This document shows, one piece after another, positions 55,871 through 64,000 of a stretch of DNA of 64,000 nucleotides (within the stretch, counting starts at the first letter, position 1; every line of letters begins with the position of its first letter). The translations under genes were made by a program, and so were the position numbers. The notes beneath the pieces were generated by a model. It searched no databases and was not told where the DNA came from. It was given only the letters and a program-made list of their open reading frames with translations. Origin of the DNA: Strigamia acuminata (lineage: Eukaryota); contig OX442314.1 in NCBI GenBank assembly GCA_949358305.1, positions 23,312,001 to 23,376,000 on the forward strand. Direction: 5' to 3'.

Positions 55871-56848
55871 GACCAACGCCACGAAAATAGCGCTGAGTCT
55901 TGGGTCGTGCAGCAAGCACATTCACGAAAACTATTTTCCATTTTGGATAACCAGACCAAGACGCCGAGAAAAGAGACGAGAACAGATAGACTGTTAAGAA
56001 AATATCCACGAAGCCAATGGAAATTTGTGAGACTAGAGCACAACGTAAAGTGGTCAAATTGGCGCTTTTTGAAGTTTGACGGCTCTTACAAAGCCGGCCA
56101 TGAATTCCTCAGAGAAGTGGCAATGACCATCGTCCGAGTTGGCGCGACACCTGACGAAATGGTCCTACTAGGGCTCCCACTGATGCTGATTGGCGCTGCC
56201 CGAGCGTGGTACGACGGTACCAATCTCGAGACATGGGAAGATTTTATTGTACAATTCTACGAACGATACGGAGAAACAGATGAGGAAATCATGAAATCTA
56301 TGAAACAAGCACCAGGGGAAGATGTTCGATCATACATACTAAGAGCAAAGGATCTCTTCGACGAGCTCGATACTCCGCTGGATGCATATTCCCAATATTT
56401 CTTATTTTACCAAGGACTAACGAAGTATTCGATACGAATCCTTCGCGAAGTTCATGCCCCAAGGGAACATAATTTCCAAACCATAATCGAGTTCGCTCAA
56501 GAAAAGTACGGGGTACTGGATTACTGGTACAATGAAAACCTTTCGGCGAAAGAAGCGGCCGCTACTACTGCAAGAACTCAGAGAATTGTTGAATATGGCC
56601 TAAACTCCGCCAAAATAATTCGATCCAGCCATTATATAAATGGCTTTATCGAGGCTTTTAAACCCATTACCAAATCCGGAAACAATAATCGTCCTTGCAA
56701 TTATTGTAAGGAGGATGGACACTGGAGGAACGAGTGTCCTACTCGTTTAAAGCGAGAAGAAGAAAAAGACGCCAGATTAGTAAAACTAATCAAGGCCGCC
56801 GTCCTAGAAGCGACAAAAAACTTGAGGCCGCAGACGGACAACCAATAA
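55859..56848 (+). CDS. Stand-alone Gypsy Gag-derived ORF (capsid plus CCHC knuckle), no pol; first in-frame ATG at 56123
   Basis: FDGSYKAGHEFL..LIGAARAWY..WEDFIVQFYERYGE..KQAPGEDVRSY..FYQGLTKYS..CNYCKEDGHWRNEC..TKNL, collinear with the element's Gag. AATAAA near 56938. Confidence 0.8.
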   Translation, partial: AYIRDQRHENSAESWVVQQAHSRKLFSILDNQTKTPRKETRTDRLLRKYPRSQWKFVRLEHNVKWSNWRFLKFDGSYKAGHEFLREVAMTIVRVGATPDEMVLLGLPLMLIGAARAWYDGTNLETWEDFIVQFYERYGETDEEIMKSMKQAPGEDVRSYILRAKDLFDELDTPLDAYSQYFLFYQGLTKYSIRILREVHAPREHNFQTIIEFAQEKYGVLDYWYNENLSAKEAAATTARTQRIVEYGLNSAKIIRSSHYINGFIEAFKPITKSGNNNRPCNYCKEDGHWRNECPTRLKREEEKDARLVKLIKAAVLEATKNLRPQTDNQ

Positions 56849-57083
56849 ATCCGTCTGTTGTAACCCCAGAAAGGAAATTCCTCCCGTGTCCACATTACGG
56901 ACTCGAGACCAATACTGAATTTAATCTATTTTTATGCAAATAAAAGAAGTTAAAATCTGAACCAATTTGTATTTATTTAACTAATTATTATTTTCAGGTA
57001 TCAAGGTAAATTAAAACCACAAATTTATAAATTAAACTAAGCTTTCATGTCTGCTTTCGGGCAAAATTAAAAGTGCCCAAAAC

Positions 57084-57745
57084 TACCGTCTTCACCCGAA
57101 TAGTGCAGGATGGTGTTGTATTCGAATATAACACCATGGTGTCATATTTCAGCAAAAAGTAGCAACTTAAATTTTTCGACCGAACGTCGTAGTAAAAACG
57201 TTTTTAGATCGAATGTCGGAGAAACGTAACGTTTCTTGGCTGTATATATGTATCGGAAACGAATTAAATTTGTTCACACGGAAGAAATGTCCAAACGAAG
57301 AAGTTACACGATTAAAGAGAAGTTGGACATTCTTCGGGAATATGAAAAAGGTGTTTCTGGCAAAGGCGTACCAGCAATTTCGAAGAAGTACGGAATTAGT
57401 CAAGAGACACTTCGTGGCTGGATCAAGAAGCAGAATGAACTTCAATTGGCGTTAGAAAATGACGAAATCGAAACACGAAAAGTCCGCCGATTAAATGGAG
57501 GAGGACGAAATGCCAAATATGCCGAATTAGAAGACGAATTGCACACGTGGATTAAGGAGAAGAATGGAAAAGGACTCACGGTGAAGGACCAGTATATTCA
57601 ACAAAAAGCTCGAAACATATATGCACGAAACAAGACGGACGGTTTGTTGGATGAGGATGATGAATTCGCAGCTTCTTCAGGTTGGGTCTCAAGATTCAAA
57701 ATTCGGAAGAAACTTGTAGCGAGAAGACAAACTACAAGCAGGTAG
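57084..57745 (+). mobile_element. Truncated pogo/Tigger element: left terminus plus transposase DNA-binding domains (ATG 57287), no DDE domain
   Basis: TA-CCGTC..CGAATA terminus. RRSYTIKEKL..ISKKYGI..TLRGW HTH; LEDELHTWI..FAASSGWVSRFK.R (CENP-B/Tc5 HTH); ends RRQTTSR*. Confidence 0.82.
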
Positions 57746-57958
57746 TGGAATCGATGCGATACGAACTGAAAAATCGATTTTGGATTTCAAACGGCAATAA
57801 CTTTAGGGCGGTTCTCATGGGTCAGTGGACAAGCATTTTCTGTTGCTTTTAGAACATTGAACGTGATTTCCAGCACTGAAAATATTAACAAAATTCCCCT
57901 AAGCTTTAATTCTCTTTCTTCTACAACTCTCAAAAAATGGCAATAGAATTGGAAATAT

Positions 57959-60900
57959 TCATTCATCACTCTCTGAACTGAAAACAAATTTTGATTTAGA
58001 ATGCGACTTCACTGCTCTAGTGGTATTCAGACGTCGTTTTTGGGGTGTAAGTGACAATTTCTCTTCAAATTCTGCGCTCAACTTCTTTCTCGCTTTGGTC
58101 GGCCTATTCTTAACTCGTGCTTTAGCGGCTGTTTTTTTCTTAGTCGTGGTTCCATTATCTCGATTTTCCTTTTCATCGTTGTTTTCACTAATTCCTTTGG
58201 CAGCAATGTCTCCGATTTTCTGTTCGAGTTCTTCTATCACGCACTTTGTTTCTGGCTTTGCCAATTTCTTCGCGTTGTTGATGATGGTTTGAAAGCAATC
58301 GAGAACAAACGGATCCACCAATTTATTCCCAAAACTATTAAAGTTTTCCACAAGTTTCTGAAGACACTTGTTGCTGTACGACAAAAGGGACATGCAGTAG
58401 GCTAAGTTATGCCACTGTCGTTCCAATCTAAAAATAAATCAAAATTTTATAATAATTTTATAAAAGTAAATAAAAATAAATATCCTACTCTGAGGCTCTA
58501 AATCGATGGCATAATTTTTCGACTAATCCTTCTAGCTGTCTATCTTTCTGAATTAGGCCTATTAAAACCCTACAAAACAATTTTTAAATTGATTTAACCA
58601 AACTTAATAATACTTTTAACACGAACTTTAAAATGATCTTAAATTTTTCCTCGCTCGTGCCAACATCTGGATCAGACAAACGACTTATAATGTCGGGTAA
58701 CATGTTGTATATGGTTGCTCCCTAAAATCCAAACATTAAAAATATATATATTTAAATTCATCGACACTGTACTCACCTTTTTAGCCAATTCAGTAAAAAA
58801 CAATTTAGCAGCATCTGCGATTCGAACATTTTTATCGACCATGCAGAGTGCCACATCGCTAATTTGACCCTTTGCCTTGATCATGTCGTTGAACGTCAAG
58901 TGAGACAACACGGTCAGCGTGTTGAGTCGCACTTGAACGCAATCGTCCTGAAGCCTAAAAAACAAACCAATAAAATTAAAAACATTTTCCACAAAAAATT
59001 AAATAATTCGCAACTCACCGACTGTATAATTTACAAGCCCACGGTGCGGTCAAGTTCGGAAATCTAATAATTAAATCGCCCATTGCGATAACCAAATTTT
59101 CTCGTATCACGTTAGCGGACGATTTCTCCATCATGGTCACGAACAACTGCAAATTGACTTCGCAAAACTCGCTGCTCACCAGCATGAACTTAGCCAATGC
59201 CGTAGCGCTTGCAGTAAGTAATTCCACATCGCTAAATCGATTAAACTGTCCACAAATATCCACAATAACCGGCGCGTAAGCCGCAAGAAGATTATCACCT
59301 GTAAAGACCAAAATTATTTAACTTCTACGCACAAAAAATTGAATAATCGATCAATTTCACCTAAAACCGTTTCGAAATCCAATAGTTTTCGAATTAGTTC
59401 GGCTTCGGCGTCGTCGGTGTCGGCGCCCGTCATCATTTCTTCTTCCATCGATTTATCCGAATTTTTATTCGGCGTTAGAGTGGCCGTCGCGCTAAACGAT
59501 TTCCTCATTGTTTTCCTCTTCTTCTTCATTTCCGACTGCTTCTGTTTCTTCTCTTGCCTTTGTTTCATCTCCGTGAACACGTAGCAGTCCAAATAAATTA
59601 ATTGGCACAAAGCTACATGGCCAGCCGTCGCTATTAATCGCGTCAACAGAGGTGGAGTTGACCCATACTTATTATTCTCTGCAATTAAATTCGAATGAAT
59701 AACTAAATCCTTTCCAACTAAAAACTACAATACCGTTTGTTTTGTTTATCAAGACTGCACTGGCTAATTTTTTCAATAATTCTGTGCAAATTTCATCAGG
59801 CTGATCTCCCAATGAGTAAATCAATTTGACTGCTTTTTCCATAAAGGGAATCCAATATTTATCTTTGATATTCGTAACACCTAAGGAATAAAAAAAAATT
59901 GAAAACAAGAAAATAAATCATTAAAAAGGCAATTTTTATACCCGAAATCAAAGCTTCGAGCAATCGAGTAAATAACTGATCGTCTCTTGGGTATCGAGAT
60001 TGCTTTTCCGTCGATTCTGATAATTTAATGAATACAACGCACGTCTCTCTTGCAATTTGAAAATCGAGCTCGGCGCCGACGCCAAACCCGAATGAAATCA
60101 AAACATCTTTGTTGCTCTTCACGATGTTGATTTCATGCCCAGCTGCCATTCCTAGAAGAACGAGTGCAATTTTTCTTTCCTCTTCCGAAACTGCCGCTTT
60201 CAAAGTGAACCGTTCCCAAAATAATTGATAAATCGGTGCACTCAATTGCCCTGATCTCGCAAAAGCACACATCTGAAATAAAAATAAAAAATTTAATTTA
60301 ATTCAATTAAACTGCTGAAAACGTACCAATTCTTCCAAACTAGTTAATTCTCCAATATTTGCACCCAAAGCCAAAGTTGATAAACTCTTGACAATTTTCA
60401 ACGGTTGGTTAGCATTGGGTTTTAAATACAACCGTTCGCACGATTCGATAACCGTTTCTTTAATCGTCGCGTCGCTGTTCCCGATTAGGACGATCATTTT
60501 TCGAATTCCACAAACACTTTCTTTCAATCCAAATTCGTACGCAACGACAAAAAACTCGATGGCCGCCAAGACATCCGCACTGTGTCGCGAGTTTAGAAGA
60601 TTGGCTATAAGCGGAATGGCTTTACCAATGAAATCGATAAATTTGGCCGAGTCCTGCAAATACTGCACTATAACTTGTTGCTTCAAAATCTCCGTATTGC
60701 ATTCGCGAGGCGTTTCAGTATCGCCATCGCCATCCTTTTCTTCGTTACGATCTTCTTTTTCTTCGAAAACTTCATTTTGCACACATTCTTCCAATTCCTT
60801 CAACTTTTGCAGCTCCTTTTCGCAGTCTTTCTGCAACTCCTCAGCTGAAAACTATTTTAAATAATTAAAAAGAGTTTTTTTTTAAAGAAAAACACAATTA

Positions 60901-62656
60901 ACCTTAGCTGAGAAAGGATTACTTCGAAGCAATTCGGTAACCAAATGCACAGCATTTTTCCGGACATTGTTCGATTTGTCTTTTAACCTTCCAATAACAA
61001 ATTCCAAGACAACGTGTTGGTTTTTCAAAGGAATAGCTCGTTCTTCAACGAGTCGGGTCCACAATTGGATCACGCGTGACCGAACAAATGAATTCACGTC
61101 GTGAATGTGATCTTGAAGGGTTTCTAACAACTGATCGCGAAGATTTTTTTGTTTGGTGTTTAATTCTTCACCGTTTAGCAATTTCAACACGAGTTCGGTG
61201 ATTACGCTCAAAATGCAGTTTCGCATGACGTAAGACTGAAACAAAATTGTACAAATTAATTTAAATTAATCTCTCAGTAGGTTAGTTTTACCTCTTGTTC
61301 CAGAAAAGGAACCAGAATTGAGAGATAATTGATTATTTCGGATGGTATAAGTTGGGTCGTTTCGATTAAAAATGTGGAAATGGATCGAATCGCTGAGGAA
61401 TCGTTGAATACATTTTTCCCATCCATTTGAATTATCTCTCGAATAATATCCCCTATGAGGGTTTTAACCGAAAACTTTTTCACCAATAATTCTAGTAAAT
61501 GAGCGAGGGGGATTGCTAAATGTTCACATTGCTGAATTAATTGAAAAACCTTTAAACTACAAGCTGAAAAATTAAACAAAACAAATTAATCGAGTGAATA
61601 CGTTTCAAATAAATGCTACTTACACAATGCGTGATTATATTTGGCTACCATTTGCCCTAAAATATTAAAAATGCAATCTTTCAATTGTCTGGTATGATTG
61701 ATGTTCGTGTTTTCCAATAATTTATACGCGCAATTTGTGATCAGACTGGAAAAAAATCGAAAAAATCGTTTAATCTCAGTGTTTAATGCAAAACAATTAA
61801 TTTAATTTACCCGACAACTTCCTCTTCGATGATTTGATCCGCCCAAAGCAACGGCAGTGGTAATTGACACACTTCGTACAATAACTGCATCACTTTTTCT
61901 CTTTTTTCTTCCCACGAAAATTCAATATTTTTTCGTTTTTGCTTCGTATTTGGACGACCCTAGAAAATAAATTTTTATATAAAAATGGATAAATCACTGA
62001 TATAAATGATATTACTCTTCCTTTTGCAGAAACAATCGCTTCTGCTGTGAGTTTAGTCGATTCCGTCTCAAATTTCTCCGTGAAAATACACAACAAATAC
62101 AAATTCATCTTGAAGATGTTCCTAAACTTATGTTTCCATTCGTAGGTCGGTGATTTATCCAGAGTTGAAGCGAGTTCGGCATGGAGCATAGTAAAATCTG
62201 GATTAAATAACCGTTACAGAATAATTAGACAAAATTAACAACTTCCTCCAATTTAAGTCACTTTTTGCGAGTAAATCCAAAGATGTTTGAACAGTTTCCG
62301 GATCCAATTTTTCAAAATGACTAAAAAGTGAAAAATAAAAATAATACCGGTAATTACAATTTATTAAAACAACTATTTGACCAAAACAATACCAAAACAC
62401 GCTGTATATACAATCAAACTCATTAATAATCGCCTCTGCGCTGACAAATTTGGACTTGGCATCTGCAATTACAAAACAAAAATCAACAAGTTTCATTTGC
62501 ACAACAACACATTAAATTACCCCGAACTCGACGAGCCGCATCATCCTCGAATAAAATATCCTTCACGTAATAAACTTTTCTCTTGTTATCTGGATTAATC
62601 AAATCGTTGTTTGTTAAGGGAATAACAAACTCCAAACCCTGCGAGACAGACTCCAT
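57959..62656 (-). CDS. NCAPD2: Condensin I HEAT subunit CAP-D2, multi-exon
   Basis: LEFVIPL start; SYVMRNCIL; LQDHIHDVNSFVRSRVIQLW; RLKDKSNNVRKNAV.L...L..NPF; ASATALAKFMLVSSEFC; VIAMGDLIIRFPNL..PW; NDMIKAKGQISD; AKLFFTELAKK. Confidence 0.95.
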
Positions 62657-62973
62657 TTTCCCGCCAAAATGCTAAATGGCCTGCCCTGGCCGGCCGCCCA
62701 TATTAGTACCGAAATGTCACACTAACGGCGCTAAATTTTAAAAAACAAAAACAGAACGGTATTAATTAATCATTTAATATTATTAAAAAATTCAAAAGTA
62801 ATTAATAATTTTAAAACATTTTCACATTTCTTTGGTTTTTGTTTCATTCCACAGATTGTTGGCTGTGATTCTCTGATTATCTCATTCCAGACATACCAAC
62901 CTCTTTCATCTCACCGGCCCTGTTTACCACGCCAGATCTACGAGGTGAAATTTTTGAAAATGTATCTCCCCAG

Positions 62974-64000
62974 ATGAGGATGTTTGATTTAGAAGTTCAT
63001 AAATTTGTCATCGTCGGAATTCTTTGCGCATCATACGTCTTGTACCTGTTCACATCTTTGATAGCAGCGTGTATATTCGCAGCGGTCGCCATTTTAGGAG
63101 CTCATAGTGCCCAGTGCCAGCAACCTAGTGCTTTAGGCCTAACCTCACAACACAATCATGCGCCGATCTCGCGCCGAAAATTCGTTCCAAGTGCCGAGAA
63201 ACACGTCTCGAGAGACTCTTTTCACAACATCTCAAAACAGGTGACACCTATAACGCCGTGGGGAATTAGCAAATCAAATTATTCAACTTTATCACCAAGT
63301 AGTGTGCGATCATCGCCCGCTTTATCGCAGCACAATGCCAGCGTATCCAGGAACGTGTCGAGGTTCGAACCGAGTGTTGTCGTCGTTGATTACATTATTT
63401 TCTAATGTTTTAATGTTTTATTTACAAGAGCGACGTGCGGATTTGCCAGTCAAGTGGTTTCAACTGCCTACAATTACCCGCCGATTGACCAATCGCATTA
63501 CAGAGGTTTGGGATTATTCCCCACGATTCACCGCAATAAGTCACCGCTGCCGGTTCTGTCGGGGAAAAACACGACCATGGTCCATAATCCTGTAACTGTG
63601 CGGATTGCTCCGCCCGAGAAAAACTTAACGCCCAGTCCGAGGTTGGTTTCTGAATTTTTTAATTTAATTTTAGGTGATTAAATGGTTGTTGTGTTTCAGG
63701 AAGGATTTTATATTCAATAGTAAGGTGCAAACACCGCCCACGTCATCTGTAAAATCAGTATTAAAGTCGCTGCAGCAAATTCAGAGGAAAAGATCTTTTT
63801 ATAACTTGGCTGAAGAGAACGAAGACTCGCGCATGAAGCGACAGAGGCGTGAGAATTCGCCGAGGGCCGAGTCGACGTTTAAATCGACCAGTTCTGCGAA
63901 TGTAAATTTGTTAAACGGGATGCGACAGCCCACACCGACTTTGAGTCCCGTTTATGAGGGCGGAGGAGTGCGAGAAATCACGCCGACGCCGACGATGAAA
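62974..64000 (+). CDS. Probable POM121-like transmembrane nucleoporin, 5' part (runs off the window)
   Basis: N-terminal hydrophobic segment and S/T/P-rich sequence. YRGLGLFPTIH and HNPVTVRIAPP recall the vertebrate POM121 LG.LPTV / SPVTVRIAPP motifs. Followed by basic SVLKSLQQIQRKR..KRQRR. Confidence 0.6.

Noticed and set aside
55429..56848. Spliced MULE transposase-Gag fusion gene
   Set aside because: One splice phase would enter the gag frame but meets TAG at 55856-55858, and the MULE part is deleted and frameshifted.
57287..57745. Domesticated CENP-B-like gene
   Set aside because: A transposon-type terminus lies 200 bp upstream and the ORF stops before the DDE domain, so simple truncation is enough to explain it.

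Overview
AT-rich eukaryotic DNA with short GT-AG introns, from a compact invertebrate genome (probably an arthropod). Host genes: three GT11 alpha-1,2-fucosyltransferases, a DEG/ENaC channel, two tandem DUSP3-like phosphatases, sideroflexin-5, an ABCC1/MRP1 transporter, MTCH2 plus a decayed partial duplicate, a secreted two-WAP protein, two tandem MYND-finger orphan genes, enolase, condensin CAP-D2 and the start of a POM121-like gene. The centrepiece is an intact 14.9-kb Ty3/Gypsy element (32442-47342, minus strand). It has 965-bp LTRs that look identical, an AAAT TSD, a PBS, a PPT and a -1 frameshift signal. It also carries a third 1083-aa ORF in the env position that is not env-like: it is RS-rich and has no signal peptide. 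Two further capsid copies of the same Gag lineage lie in the window. One is decayed (~2.4-2.8 kb). The other is an open, pol-less capsid plus zinc-knuckle ORF (55.9-56.8 kb) that keeps a slippery site and hairpin. Several MITEs and copia, MULE and pogo remnants are also present. Gene calls rest on motifs recognised by eye; no database searches were run.
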